Under the pieces are notes generated by a model. That model did not search any database. It was not told where the DNA came from and was given only the letters and a program-made list of their open reading frames with translations. DNA of 64,000 nucleotides, from the NCBI GenBank assembly GCA_963716745.1, contig OY970320.1, positions 2,752,001 to 2,816,000 of the forward strand, given 5' to 3'. The stretch comes from an uncultured Gemmatimonadaceae bacterium. GTDB lineage: Bacteria; Gemmatimonadota; Gemmatimonadetes; Gemmatimonadales; Gemmatimonadaceae. This document shows positions 43,226 to 54,994 of the stretch, in pieces. The position numbers and the translations under genes are program-made. Each line of letters begins with the position of its first letter. Positions within the stretch are counted from its first letter, which is position 1.

Positions 43226-44639
43226 ATGAACCGAGCACAGTTGAGGACGCGGATCCTGATCGTGGGCGTGGCGGCGATCTCGCTCGCATGCCGCGGTTCG
43301 CGCAGGCGCAGGCCGGTGGTGAACCCACGTGGCCGCAGAAGTTCGAGATCCGGCAAGGCGGGAATCGCGGATTCGCGTTCGTCGTGACGCAGCCGGGGCC
43401 GATCTCGGTGAGCGTCACGTCGCAGGGCTCGCCGATCACGGTGACGCTCTCCGGGCCGGTCGAGCAGCCGATCACGCAGACGGGGTCGGGACGATCAAGA
43501 TCGACCATTCCGAGACCGCGGCCGAGGTGCAGCGGAGCGCGATCTGGTTGGTGATCATTTCGAGCGGGAACGGCGCGCGCTTCGAAGGGGAAGATGCCGC
43601 CGGTCGTGGCGTCGGGCATGATCACGGTGACGCACCCGCACGGCGACATGCGCGTGGCGGAGGCCGAGGTGCAGCGCAAGTTGGGGGCGCATCGGCCGGT
43701 GGCGACGACCGCGGCGGTGAGTGCGCATGTCGTATCGCCCAAGCAGGCGGCGTACACGCAAGAGCTAGCGATGAACCAGGCTCATGAGAAACAGGCGCTC
43801 ATGGGTCAGATCCATCAGCATCCGCCGGTGTCGCCGATGGCGGCGAAGCCGATGGCCAAGACCACGATGGGAAAGACGAACGGCGCCGAGAGTACGAACG
43901 TCGGGCAATTCGGGGAGCAATAGTGGCAGCGGATCCACGACCAGCAGCACTCCGGCAGCGGCGCCGGTCATCACGTCGCTCAGCGTGAGTCATGGGCAGC
44001 CGGGCGATCCGATCCTGATCAATGGGTCCGGATTCGGCGCGACGCAGGGGCAGTCGAAAGTCCACCTGATCGTCGGGACCGGGGAAGGATGTGACGACAG
44101 GGCAGGTCGACTTCTGGTCAGACAATCAGATCATGACGTACGTGCCGTTCAAGGACTCGCTGCAGAAATTCAGCGGCGAAATGTATTTCCAGGGGGCGAA
44201 CGGGAAGAGCAATCTCGTGCAGTTCGAGTACGACCCTCTGATGCAGTTCGTCGTGCTGGATCTCAAGCAACAGAATTTGGTGCAGGCCGCCGGCGGTTTT
44301 GCGAGCATCAAGGGGCCCAACAGCTGCCGTTTCACCGACACGGGTCCGTGGGAGCCGGGCACATGCGTGGACCATTCGGTTTCGCCGAACACCGCGTTCA
44401 ACTGGACGAACAACGATGATGAGTTCTTCCAGAATCTGAGAATGAAGAACGGCTGGACCACCGTCGAGGTGGATTTCCGCGGTGAGCCGGGTGCCGGCGG
44501 CGGTGCATATCTCGCGGAGGAGCGGCCGGGAACGGATTCGCCGTACGCCAAGGTGCACTGGTGGTTGAATCCGTTCGGCGAGGCGTGGTACACGCTGACC
44601 ATCACGATCACGGGGCCGAGCGGACTGCCGTACCAGTAA
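43226..44639 (+). CDS. Secreted IPT/TIG-domain protein, paralog 2 (frameshifted)
   Basis: PVITSLSVSHGQPGDPILINGSGFGATQG; ends GPSGLPYQ. Confidence 0.7.
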
Positions 44640-44708
44640 GGATACCGTCCGTACAACGGCGTTGGCGGCCCCGAGGCCGCGAGGAGGGGTTCGCAAAACA
44701 GGAAATTA

Positions 44709-44755
44709 TCGAGGTACCTTGATGATCAAACTACTTGATCATCAAGGTACCTCGA
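44709..44755. promoter_or_regulatory. Perfect 21-bp inverted repeat, likely MarR operator
   Basis: TCGAGGTACCTTGATGATCAA-ACTAC-TTGATCATCAAGGTACCTCGA immediately before the ATG. Confidence 0.75.
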
Positions 44756-44756
44756 A

Positions 44757-45224
44757 ATGAAGACGTACGAAAGCCCCAACCTCATGCTCCGCATCGCGCG
44801 CGGACTCGCATGATCTCAATACAAGCCTCGGCTGGCTCGACGAGGCCGCTGCCCGCGCGCTCGAGATCGGTCGCAACGATTGCGCGCCTTGGAATTCATT
44901 GCTCGGCACCTCAACCGCTCGCCCACGGCTCTCGCGCGATATCTCCGGATCACGACCGGTGCGGTCACGACCCTGCTGGATCGCATGGAGGTGAATGGAC
45001 TGCTGATGCGATCGCCGATCCGCACGACCGCCGGCGTTGTCATCCTCGCTGACAGCTGGAGGGCGGCCAGCGAGAGCGCGAGATCTTCGAGCCCGCTTGC
45101 GCGCGACGTCGGCCAAGTGGCTCGCGCGCCGGCCGAATCGCCACCTCAAAGTCATCGACGAGTTCCTGGAACATGCGCGCTCCGCCGCCGATGCTGCGCG
45201 CGCACGCGCGCCGAGAAGCGCTGA
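44757..45224 (+). CDS. MarR family regulator (frameshifted)
   Basis: LRALEFI..SPTALARYLRITTGAVTTLLDRME..HDRR. Confidence 0.8.
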
Positions 45225-45301
45225 CTCTGGCGTGGGCCCGCACCACGCACCACTTTCCCCGCCACGATCCCGACTCCCGCCACACGCTCTCGAGGCCCCT
45301 G

Positions 45302-48300
45302 ATGCGCCGCTCCGCCCTCGCAATCCTCGCGTTCGCTACGATCGCCCAGTCACTCGCCGCGCAGGGAACCCTGCAGGGTCTCAAGCCCGGCCGCGATCCC
45401 AATCAGCCGATCGACTCCGCCTACACCGCCAAGATCCACGAATACACCACCCAGCCGTTCTTCACGTCGCCGCTGGTCGATTACCTGCCGGCCTCGAAAT
45501 CGGTGCCCACTCCCATGGCCGTGCTCGGCGACATCGCCGGCGCCAAGGAGAACCTTCCGTACTCCACGCAAGTCTACGACTATATGCGCAAACTCGCCGC
45601 CGCGAGCCCGCGCGTGCGCGTCTGGTCCATTGGCCACACGGAAGAAGGGCGCGAGATGATCGCCGTCGGCGTCGCGTCGGAATCCCTCTGGAAGAATCTC
45701 GACGCCAACAAAGCCAACCTCGCGAAGCTCGCCGATCCGCGCACGATCGGCATGAACGACGCCGAGGCCGCGAAGCTCATCGCAAACACCACGCCGGTCT
45801 ACTACATCACCGGCACGATCCACTCGCCCGAATCGGGCGCGCCCACGGCGCTCATGGAACTTGGCGTATCGCCTTGCTGTCGATGAGAGCCCGTACGTCA
45901 AGAACATCCGCGATCATCTCATCACACTCATCACGCCGATCGTCGAAGTCGATGGCCGCGATCGCGAAGTGGATATCCAGCGCTGGCACCTCGCGCACCC
46001 CAAGGACACGCCGCTCCCGCTCATCTACTGGGGTCACTACGTCGCCCACGACAATAATCGCGACGCGATGGGCGCCACGCTCGACCTCACGCAGAACGTG
46101 CTCAACACCTACGTGAGCTGGAACGCGCAGGTGCTGCACGATCTCCACGAGAGCGTGCCTTTCCTCTATGACAACACCGTTGGCGACGGCCCGTACAACG
46201 CCTGGGTCGATCCGCTGCTCACGAACGAATGGCAGATGCTCGGCTGGAACAACGTGCAGGAAATGACGCGGTTCGGCATGCCTGGCGTGTTCGCGCATGG
46301 CGACTTCGACACGTGGTCGCCCGGCTACCTCATGTTCATCGCGGCCACGCACAACGGCATCAGCCGCCTGTACGAGACGTTCGGCAACGGCGGCACCGCC
46401 GAGACCGTCATGCGTACGCTCGATCCGAGCGAAACGGCGAAAACATGGTTCCGGCAGGATCCGCCGTTGCCGCACGTGCTCTGGTCGCTGCGCGACAACA
46501 ACAACTACGAGCAGACAGGATTGCTGGTCTCGCTCCAGTATTTCGCGAACAACCGGCAACTGTTCCTCGAGAATTTCTACACGAAGGCCAAGCGGTCCAT
46601 CACGAAGCCAGCCACCGAGGGGCCGGCGGCGTACGTGTTGCCCGCCAGCGATCCTCGGCTCGGATCGCAGGCGGATCTCCTGCGCGTGCTGCAGCGCCAG
46701 CACGTGGAGATCTCGCGGGCCACAGCGGCGTTCACCGTGCAGGTGCCGGTGAAGAGCGGCGGCAAGGGCGCGAAGGGAGCGGCCGCCGACACCGCGGCGA
46801 AATCCAAGGGCCCCGCCGTGGAATCGCGCACGTTCCCCGCGGGCAGTTACATCATTCGCATGGATCAGCCATACTCGCGCATCGCCGACGCACTGCTCGA
46901 TTATCAGTTCTGGTCGCCGAACGATCCGCAGAAGACTCCGTACGACGACACCGGCTGGACCTTCCCCGAAGGCTTCGCCGTGGAATGCGTGCGCGTGCTC
47001 GACGTGTCCGTGCTCAAAGCGCCAATGACCATGGTGACCGGCGAGATCGTGGCGCCCGGCGGCGTGAACGGATCGGGCTCGGTGTTCGCGATCGCCAATT
47101 CCGGCGACAATCAACTCGTGACGCTGCGCTACAAGTTCCGCGACGCGGACTTCAGAGTCGTGGAGGACACGTTCAGCGGAGCCGGGCGCTCATTCGCGCG
47201 CGGGTCGTACGTCGTGCGCGGCATCTCGCGCGACGATCTCGACAAGGCCGCGAAGGCGCTCGGCATCTCGATCTACGCGCTGTCGGCGGAGCCGAATGTG
47301 AAGGCGCATGCGCTCCGTGCGCCGCGCGTGGCCATCCTGCACGCCTGGCAAGGCACGCAGACTGAAGGGTGGTGGCGTCTGGCGTTCGACAAGCAGCAGG
47401 TGCCGTACGACTACATCAGCACCCAGGATGTGGCCAAGATCGCGGACCTCAATGCGAAGTACGATGTGATCGTCTTCCCGCCGGCGCGCGCGAGCGCGCA
47501 ACAGATCGTGGACGGCATGCCCATGTGGCGCAATCCGATGCCCTGGAAGAAGAGCGCCGAAACGCCGAACATTGGCGCGTGGGCGCAAACGGATGACATT
47601 CAGGCCGGGACTCGGCTATGACGGGCTGCAGCACCTGAAAGAGTTCGTCACCAAGGGCGGCTTACTCATCACGTCGGTGAACACGAGTGACTTCGTGATG
47701 CAATTCGGATTCACGAGCGGCGTGAGCAGCAGCAAGCCCGCCAAGCCGGAAGTCGTAGGCACATTCCTGCGCACGCGCGTGGTGGACGGCGCGAGTCCGA
47801 TCATGTACGGCGTGAAGGACAGCCTGGCGGCGTTCAGCGACGACGGCGAGACGTTCGGCGTGAGCAACATTCTCGGCGGCCGCGGATTCGGCCGGCGTGG
47901 CGGCGGCGACGGCGGCACGACGCGAGAGACAGGGCGCGGCACGGCGAGCGATCAGGAGAGCGTGCAGGGCCGGCCGGCGCTCACGGCGGAGTTCGAAGCG
48001 CCCGTGCGGCCGAAGATGGATCCGTGGCAAGCGGACCCGATCACCGACGAGCAGCTGCGGAATGCGCTCAACATCATTCCGCCCGACCAGCGGCCGCGCG
48101 TGGTGATGCGGTTCAGCGATCAGAGCGATCTCCTGGTGTCGGGCCTGCTCGACGGCGGTCGCGACATCGCGCAGCGTGCTGTCGTGATCGATGCACCGGT
48201 GGGGAAGGGACACGTCGTGATGTTCGCGAACGACCCGGTGTATCGTGGCGAAACGATCGGCACGTACACGCTCGTGTTCAACGCGATCATGAACTGGGAT

Positions 48301-48336
48301 AGTTTGAATGCGGGGCGGGTCGTGGATAAGAAATAG
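45302..48336 (+). CDS. M14 zinc carboxypeptidase-like secreted protein (frameshifted)
   Basis: IGHTEEGR, IHSPE, HDNNRD, HDLHE; C-terminal glutamine-amidotransferase-like region. Confidence 0.88.
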
Positions 48337-48354
48337 GCGAACAGCCGAGCCAGC

Positions 48355-48795
48355 GTGCCGACATTCGGAAGATGGGAATTCAAGAGCGATCCTGAGGCGA
48401 CGCGGAGGGCATACTCTCGTGCGGAGCACGGAGGTGCTGAGCGTTGTACCTGTAATGGGTGCAGAAATTTCGTCGTGGTTCGAGACCGCGTCTTTCCGGC
48501 CGAATTCCTTGCGTTCTTGGCGACCGTTGGCATCGATCCGCTCAAGGACGCGGAAGCGTATCACAACGCGCGTTTGGCTCCGGGTCGTCATGACTATGGC
48601 GGTTGGTTCCATTTCGTAGGTGAGTTGAACACCAATGGCGACTTCGGAGCAGTCGACTTTGGCGGTGGGTTCAAGGCATGGTTATGCACGCCGGGCGCGC
48701 CGAGGCTCACGAGCTTGAGCGAGCTGCCGGTGATTCAACTTGGATTCCACTCCGATGCCGTCCCGTGGGCACTCGCCGAGCCTGAGGCGGAGTGA
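48355..48795 (+). CDS. Conserved hypothetical protein with CxCxxC motif
   Basis: CTCNGCRNF, YGGWFHFVG. Confidence 0.75.
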   Translation: MPTFGRWEFKSDPEATRRAYSRAEHGGAERCTCNGCRNFVVVRDRVFPAEFLAFLATVGIDPLKDAEAYHNARLAPGRHDYGGWFHFVGELNTNGDFGAVDFGGGFKAWLCTPGAPRLTSLSELPVIQLGFHSDAVPWALAEPEAE

Positions 48796-49161
48796 AATTG
48801 AGATTTCGCGACTGGTTTCGACGATCGCCGACGGAGCGCATCGAACCACGCGTTGAATTCCTTGGCGAACAGGATGGAGAGAACGAACGCCTGCTCAAGG
48901 CGCATCTGGGCCCGTGTTGATGCTGTCTCGGCACATCAAGAGCGCATACCTCGCCAGAATCGGATTTGCGCCGACGGATCCGCCGTCCGTGGCGCTCTGC
49001 CTGGTGTCCGACAGCGGCGAAGATCTCGTGTTGGTAAAACGAATAGGTGAGATTTTTCGGACGCATGCACCCAAGAACGTGTTTCTAGAATCGTCTTTCG
49101 CGCTCCCTCGGAGGAAGAGGACGTGTCGCGCGTATGCCGGCCGTTCTATCGCAATGTCTGA
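48792..49161 (+). CDS. SseB C-terminal-like domain protein (frameshifted)
   Basis: FLGEQDG.NE, SAYLAR, VALCL, VCRPFY. Confidence 0.55.
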
Positions 49162-49740
49162 AGCCGATTCCTGCGTCACCATCCACATGGTCGCGAGCCT
49201 CGACGGGTTCATCGCGCGCAAGGATGGCAGCGTCGACTGGCTCGAGACGTCGGATGAATTCGCGGACGGCGAGACGATGCCGCCGGGATTCATCGAGGAA
49301 TTCCTGAAGACGATCGACTGCTACGTCATGGGATCGCGAACGTACGAACTCGCGCTGGCGTTCGAGGCGCAAGGGTTCGGCTGGACGTACGGCGACAAAC
49401 CCACCTTCGTCCTCACGACGCGCGAACTGCCGCGCACGCGCGACACGGTCGAGTTCTATTCGGGCAATCTCGCGCAGTTCGTGAACGGGCGCCTGCGCCC
49501 CAAATTCCGCAGCATCTGGTTCGTCGGCGGTGGCGAACTCTCCGGCGAATGCCTCCGACTCGGCCTCGCCGAACGAAGTGCGCTATTCGATCGTGCCCGG
49601 TCTTGATCGGCGAGGGGATCCCGTTCTTCCAGCAGCTCGACAAGGACGTCACTCTCCACCTCATGGAGGTCAAAGCGTACAAGAACGCCATGGTCGAGCT
49701 GCGTTACGGGGTCAAAGGTCCGGGTGCTACTTCGAAGTGA
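49154..49740 (+). CDS. Dihydrofolate reductase/RibD C-terminal family protein (frameshifted)
   Basis: ASLDGFIA, MGSRTYE, IWFVGGG, PVLIGEGIP. Confidence 0.9.
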
Positions 49741-49793
49741 GATGCGCTAGAATCAGGTTCCATTTTCGGGCCCCTCGCAGCAGGGAGATCACC

Positions 49794-50868
49794 ATGCTCG
49801 CTGAGTCTCGCCGGTCGCATTTGCTCTCCCTGGCCGCCGTGGCATTGCGCGATCTCCGCCATGGCCCAGGCCGACACCGCCAAGTCCGCGCCCAAGAAGA
49901 GCTCGCCCTGGCTCCTCGCGCCCGTCTTCAACGTCAATCCCAAGCTCGGCACCGCGGTCGGCGCGATCGGCGGCTACATCCACTACTTCGACGAGAAGTC
50001 GCGCCCCTCGATGTTCTTCCTCACCGCGCAATACACGAGCACCAACTCGGCGATCGCCGGCGCGTTCGCGCGCACGTCCTGGTCGGAGGATCACAACCGC
50101 ATCATCGCCGGCCTCCTCTACGGCAACATCAAGAACGACTACGACGACTACCTCGGCACCGGCGTGCCGCTCAAGAACACCGCCGAACTCTTCTCGTTGA
50201 TCGCGCGCTACACGCGCCGCGTGACGGGCGATTGGTTCGTGGGAGCGCAGGGGATCAAGCAGAACTTCGAGATCGCCGGCGAATCGGAGTTCGACGATCA
50301 GGTACTCGACCTGTTGGGGCTGGAATCGTACAAGTCGGCCGGTCTCGGGCTCGTGGTGCAGTACGACTCGCGCGACAACGAGTCGATGCCGTTGACTGGC
50401 TGGTTCCTGAATCTCAACAATCTGGCCTTTCGCGAGAATCTGGGCGGTGAGAATAATTATGACGTGTACCGCGCGGAGCTTCGCTACTACATCCCGCACG
50501 GCGACAGCAGCACGCTCGCGCTGCGCATGCTCAACCACCTGACCAATGGCGCGCCAGCCGCTGCGCAGGCGCCGGTGCAGCTGCGCGGTTACAAGATCGG
50601 AGAGTACACCGGGGAGTTCATGACCTCGGTGGAGGCCGAGGAGCGTTGGCGCTTCGCGAAGAAATTCACGGCCACCCTATTCGCCGGACTGGCGTGCCTC
50701 TACGGCGACGGGAAGGACTGCGGTGACGACGCGAATCTCTACCCGAACGGCGGCGTCGGCATCCAGTACATCCTGAAGCCGAAAGAGGGCATCGTCATGA
50801 ACCTCGAGTATGCCGCCGGCAAGGCGAGCAACCAGGGCATCTACCTCAAGATGGGGTACGCGTACTAG
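49794..50868 (+). CDS. Omp85/BamA-like surface antigen beta-barrel protein
   Basis: YDSRDN, LRGY motif, terminal aromatic residue. Confidence 0.75.
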
Positions 50869-50869
50869 G

Positions 50870-52057
50870 TCACTGCTTGAGCGCTATCGGCACGGTCCAC
50901 ACGAACGTGTCCCAGCTCATGCGCAGTTCTCCGCTGTTCCCCGAGCCCGTGATCGCGATCGCGAAGTTCTCCTGTGGCGACGGCGCGGCGCTCACGGTCA
51001 TCGGCACCTTCACGAGGTCCTCGCCGGGATCGTAGTCGGTGCCCCATTGGCCGTGCTGACGGTTGATGATGAGCGTCACCGTGCCGTCGGCCTTTGGAAT
51101 GGTCCACAGCGTGTAGATCGCCGGAGGAACCGCGGCGCCGCCGATGACCATCGGCTTGTAGAAGCTGAGCGTGGTGGCCGCGTTCGCGCCGGTGCGCCAC
51201 ACTCTGTCGTAGAGCACGACATTGCCGAGGATCGTGCGGCCGCGGCGGCGGGGACTCCCGTACGCGACGCTCACCGGCATTCCGCCGATCGTGCCCTTCA
51301 CGACGAGATCGGGCGACGCGGCGCCGAGTCCCTTGCCAGCGTGGTCGGCGGCCGCGAACGATTTCGCCATCGCCGCGGCGTCGAGGTACTCGCCGCGCTG
51401 CGTCTCCGTTTTCTCGGTGGTGCCGCGCGCATCGGCGGCAGTGATGTTGCCGCTCGCATCCACGCTGAGGTGCGTCCACAGGATATTGAAGTAGTCGACA
51501 TCGATCGTCGTGGCCGACCGCGCGAGGAATTTGCGATTGGAGATGGTGCCGCTGGCGATGTCGATCGAGGGCACTTTGAGCGTGTCGCTGCCCGCGGGCT
51601 TCTTGCGCGCGAGGGCGAGTTCGTACAAGCCGAGCGAGCTGTAAAGCCCGTACGACGCATCGAAGCCGGTCATGAGCATCGGCATGGTGCCGCTCGGCAT
51701 GCCGTGGGTGACGTTGCTCTTCCGCCCGCTCGAGTCGAAAGCGATGTGCACGGCTTCGGCGTCGAAGGTGATCACACTGTGCGCGGTCGCGATGTTCGCG
51801 TTGCCCATGGGATCCTGGTCGAACGTCGCGCGCGCGACCGAGCCATCGGGGCGCAGCTGCACCTCGTAGTGGACCAAGACCGTGCTGGGAACACGCACCA
51901 CGATGTCGCCGGTGACGCGATCGGCCGTGCGCGTGACGCTCTCAATGACCACCGTATCCTTGCCGAGCGTGGTGACGAAGGAACTCTTGTCGTCTGCGGC
52001 ACGGGACAGGATGAGCGAGCCCACGAGTGCCGCGAACGACATACAGATCCTGTACAT
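50870..52057 (-). CDS. DUF2911 family secreted protein
   Basis: YGSPRRRGRTILGNVVLYDRVWRTGANAAT, GQWGTDYD. Confidence 0.85.
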   Translation of the reverse strand: MYRICMSFAALVGSLILSRAADDKSSFVTTLGKDTVVIESVTRTADRVTGDIVVRVPSTVLVHYEVQLRPDGSVARATFDQDPMGNANIATAHSVITFDAEAVHIAFDSSGRKSNVTHGMPSGTMPMLMTGFDASYGLYSSLGLYELALARKKPAGSDTLKVPSIDIASGTISNRKFLARSATTIDVDYFNILWTHLSVDASGNITAADARGTTEKTETQRGEYLDAAAMAKSFAAADHAGKGLGAASPDLVVKGTIGGMPVSVAYGSPRRRGRTILGNVVLYDRVWRTGANAATTLSFYKPMVIGGAAVPPAIYTLWTIPKADGTVTLIINRQHGQWGTDYDPGEDLVKVPMTVSAAPSPQENFAIAITGSGNSGELRMSWDTFVWTVPIALKQ

Positions 52058-52121
52058 GAGCGATTCTCCCTATGCTACGGGTTATCTCGAATGTACACCG
52101 GCGCGGAGCGCTTGTTCGAGA

Positions 52122-52211
52122 CAATCATGTGAATCATGTTAATCCTGTCAAAGCTTTTCTGCTCCACTAGCTGAACGACTTTGGACAGGATTAACATGAG
52201 TGACATGATTG
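52122..52211. repeat. AT-rich nonamer-periodic palindrome, copy 1
   Basis: AATCATGTG-AATCATGTT-AATCCTGTC ... GACAGGATT-AACATGAGT-GACATGATT. Confidence 0.85.
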
Positions 52212-52654
52212 AGAATCCCGCTGAAACCCTGTATGGCACATGGAGACTTCTCAGCTTCGGGAAGCGGTTCACGGCTTCCGGGGAGAAGATCGATTCCTTC
52301 GGCAAGCGCCCGCGCGGATTCCTGAGCTATGCGCGGGACGGGCGCATGTCCGCCATCATCGCGAGTGACGGCCGCCCGCGACACGCGCCGACGGCGGAGT
52401 TGAGCTACGCGCAACGCGCGGAGCTGTTCGATACGATCTATGCGTATGGCGGCACGTTCTCGTTCAATGGAAACACCGTTACGCATCATGTCGACATTTC
52501 CTGGAACGAGAGCTGGAACGGAACCGATCAAGTCCGGCGCGTGAAGCTCGAGGGCGACAAGCTCTACATCAGCACCGAACCCGTGGCGGACGAGGGGGAC
52601 GGCAGGCAGTTCGTCTGGGAGTTGATCTGGGAGAGAGTGCCGAGCGCGGTTTGA
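52196..52654 (+). CDS. Lipocalin-like domain protein
   Basis: LYGTWRLLSF, G.LSY..DGRMS, AYGGT, VTHHVD.SW. Confidence 0.85.
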   Translation: MSDMIENPAETLYGTWRLLSFGKRFTASGEKIDSFGKRPRGFLSYARDGRMSAIIASDGRPRHAPTAELSYAQRAELFDTIYAYGGTFSFNGNTVTHHVDISWNESWNGTDQVRRVKLEGDKLYISTEPVADEGDGRQFVWELIWERVPSAV

Positions 52655-52672
52655 TCGCCGTTCAAACCATCT

Positions 52673-52728
52673 CAATCATGTAAATCCTGTCAAATGCTTT
52701 TGACAGGATTCACATGATGACATGATTT
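52673..52728. repeat. AT-rich palindrome, copy 2
   Basis: ATCATGTAAATCCTGTCAAA-TGCT-TTTGACAGGATTCACATGAT. Confidence 0.85.
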
Positions 52729-52751
52729 CCACGAACTATGGAGAATCACGT

Positions 52752-53147
52752 ATGACGATCGCCAACGCCCGCTTTGCGATCACGTCGTGGGACGAGAAGC
52801 CTTATAGCGAGGGGGACGGCCTCCCGAAACTCACTCGAGCCAGCGTCGCGAAGAAGCTCACCGGCGACCTCGAGGGAGAAGGCAATGCCGAATATCTGAT
52901 GATGTATCGCGGCGACGGCACGGCGGCGTTCGTCGGATTCGAGCGCGTCGTCGGACGGCTCGGCGGCAAGACTGGGTCGTTCGTGCTGCAACGCAACGGT
53001 GTCTTCGAGAATGGCGAAGCCAAGGAATCGTATTCCGTCGTCCCGGGATCGGGCACGGGAGCGCTCGCCGGTCTGCTAGGCGAAGGCCGCACCGCCGTGG
53101 GTCACGGGATGGAATTCCCGTTCACGCTCGAGTACGAGTTCGTCTAG
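52752..53147 (+). CDS. DUF3224 family protein
   Basis: WDEKPY, GRLGGKTGSFVLQ, VVPGSGTGALAGL. Confidence 0.85.
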   Translation: MTIANARFAITSWDEKPYSEGDGLPKLTRASVAKKLTGDLEGEGNAEYLMMYRGDGTAAFVGFERVVGRLGGKTGSFVLQRNGVFENGEAKESYSVVPGSGTGALAGLLGEGRTAVGHGMEFPFTLEYEFV

Positions 53148-53160
53148 AGGGGGCACGCCA

Positions 53161-53553
53161 ATGAAAAAGAAGACGCCCACCGGCGGCGACGCATCGGCGC
53201 TCATCGACAAGCGGATCGCGGAGCTGGATGATTGGCGGGGCGAGATGCTCGCCCGGCTCCGCGCGATCATCAAGGACGCCGATCCCCAAGTCGTGGAAGA
53301 ATGGAAATGGGCGATCCCGGCCTGGTCGCACGATGGGCTCATCTGCACGGGCGAGGTCTACAAGCAGGTCGTGAAAACGACCTTCGCCCGGGGCGCTTCG
53401 CTCAAGGACCCCGCGGGACTGTTCAATTCGAGTCTCGAAGGCAACACGCGCCGCGCGATCGATTTTCATGAAGGAGATAAAGTAAACGCCGCCGCATTGA
53501 AGGCGCTCATTCGCGCCGCAGTCGCATTCAATAAGTCGTCGGGCCGCGATTAG
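53161..53553 (+). CDS. DUF1801 family protein
   Basis: DWRGEMLARLR, EEWKW, LFNSSLEGNTRRAID. Confidence 0.9.
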   Translation: MKKKTPTGGDASALIDKRIAELDDWRGEMLARLRAIIKDADPQVVEEWKWAIPAWSHDGLICTGEVYKQVVKTTFARGASLKDPAGLFNSSLEGNTRRAIDFHEGDKVNAAALKALIRAAVAFNKSSGRD

Positions 53554-53614
53554 GGACTCTATCTTGTCACACATGATGAACCATATCGGTGATCCCTCGA
53601 AAGGAGCCGGAGAA

Positions 53615-54019
53615 ATGAAGCAGCACGCGACGATCGTCATCACGAATCTGCTCACCGTCGTCCTCGTCACCGTTCACCTGACGGACGATATCGTCCGTGG
53701 AGTGGCGCCGGGCGGACTCACGGATCTCGCCGCGGTGTTCGTCTTCGTCGTCTGGCTGTACGGCGCTCTCGTGCTCGGTGAACGGCGGTCGGGCTACGTC
53801 ATCATGCTCGTCGGGTCGGTCATCGGAACGGGTATCCCCATCCTCCACATGGCGGGGCGGGGGATCGCGACGGCCAGTGCGCCGATATTCGTGTGGACGG
53901 ACCTTGCGGTCTGCACATCGGGGGCGTTCGGCGTCGTGCTAGCGATCCAGCGCGCTTTGGGGCACGCGAGGGGGCAACGTTCCAGCTGGATCGCGCTGAC
54001 GAACAGTAGAAGCGTGTAG
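53615..54019 (+). CDS. Hypothetical membrane protein
   Basis: HLTDDIVRG, four TM segments. Confidence 0.7.
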   Translation: MKQHATIVITNLLTVVLVTVHLTDDIVRGVAPGGLTDLAAVFVFVVWLYGALVLGERRSGYVIMLVGSVIGTGIPILHMAGRGIATASAPIFVWTDLAVCTSGAFGVVLAIQRALGHARGQRSSWIALTNSRSV

Positions 54020-54064
54020 TCGCGCCGGTTGGCCGGTCGCGCACGCTACACGTATCATCTTCTC

Positions 54065-54994
54065 ATGGGCAGCCTCCCGCGCACGCCGCGACTGATCGCG
54101 GCCACGATCGTCCTGCTCGGCTGCGCGCCCGGCCCGAAGAGCGCGCCGCCCAGCAGCGCGCCTGCGCCCGCACTGCCCTCCGCGTGGGCGACTCAGCCGT
54201 GCCTCGTTGCCGACACGACGGCGCCCACCGCTGACACGCTGTACGCGATCGGGATCCTGCAGGCATAGCGACCCCGGCGCTGTACCAGTGCAGCGAGGCT
54301 CGTATTCCGAGTAACGTCTCGCCGGCGCTCGTCGTGCCGTACGCGGCGCCGCCTGGTGCGGACCTCCGCGAGCTCCTCGACGGCGGCGGCGCGTATCGCC
54401 TCGACGTTCTGGTGACGGACGACGCGAACGTGATCGCGTACGCCTCGGGGCGCGCGAACTACCTCGTCGTCGCGCTTCCGTGGAGCGTCACGTATGTGCT
54501 CGTGCCCGCGCGCGCGACGCCGGTGATCGGCTCGCTGACGCCCGAAAAGCGCGACGCGATCGCGCACAATGCGCTGACGGCCGACGCTCGGGGCGCCGCG
54601 GAGCCGTTCCCGTGGCTCACGGACTCGTCGTGCGCCATCACCGCCAGTATTGCGACGGACCGCGCGGGTCAAGTCATCGGCTATCCCGCGGGCAATGCGA
54701 CCGCCCGGGAACTCGCCGAGCGGGTGGTGTCGCTGGCCGCGCGCGCCACGGCGGGACACCGTGGGTCGCCACTGCTCTCGCGGACAGCGCCCTCGGCGGC
54801 GTCGCTGCGGCGATACGTACGCTCGAACGCGATCCTCGCACCGCGTGCACGACGGCCGGCAACGCGCGCGCTCCGGCGGGCGCGATCCCGCTCGTCGACA
54901 CGCGCGCGCACGCCATCGTGCGCCGCGGAAGCGGCGCGGCGTTCGTGATCGGCGCGAATGGCGACCTGTATTTCTATCGGCGGAGCGCGCGATG
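54065..54994 (+). CDS. Hypothetical lipoprotein (frameshifted)
   Basis: LLGC lipobox; collinear fragments ending adjacent to the kinase start. Confidence 0.5.
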
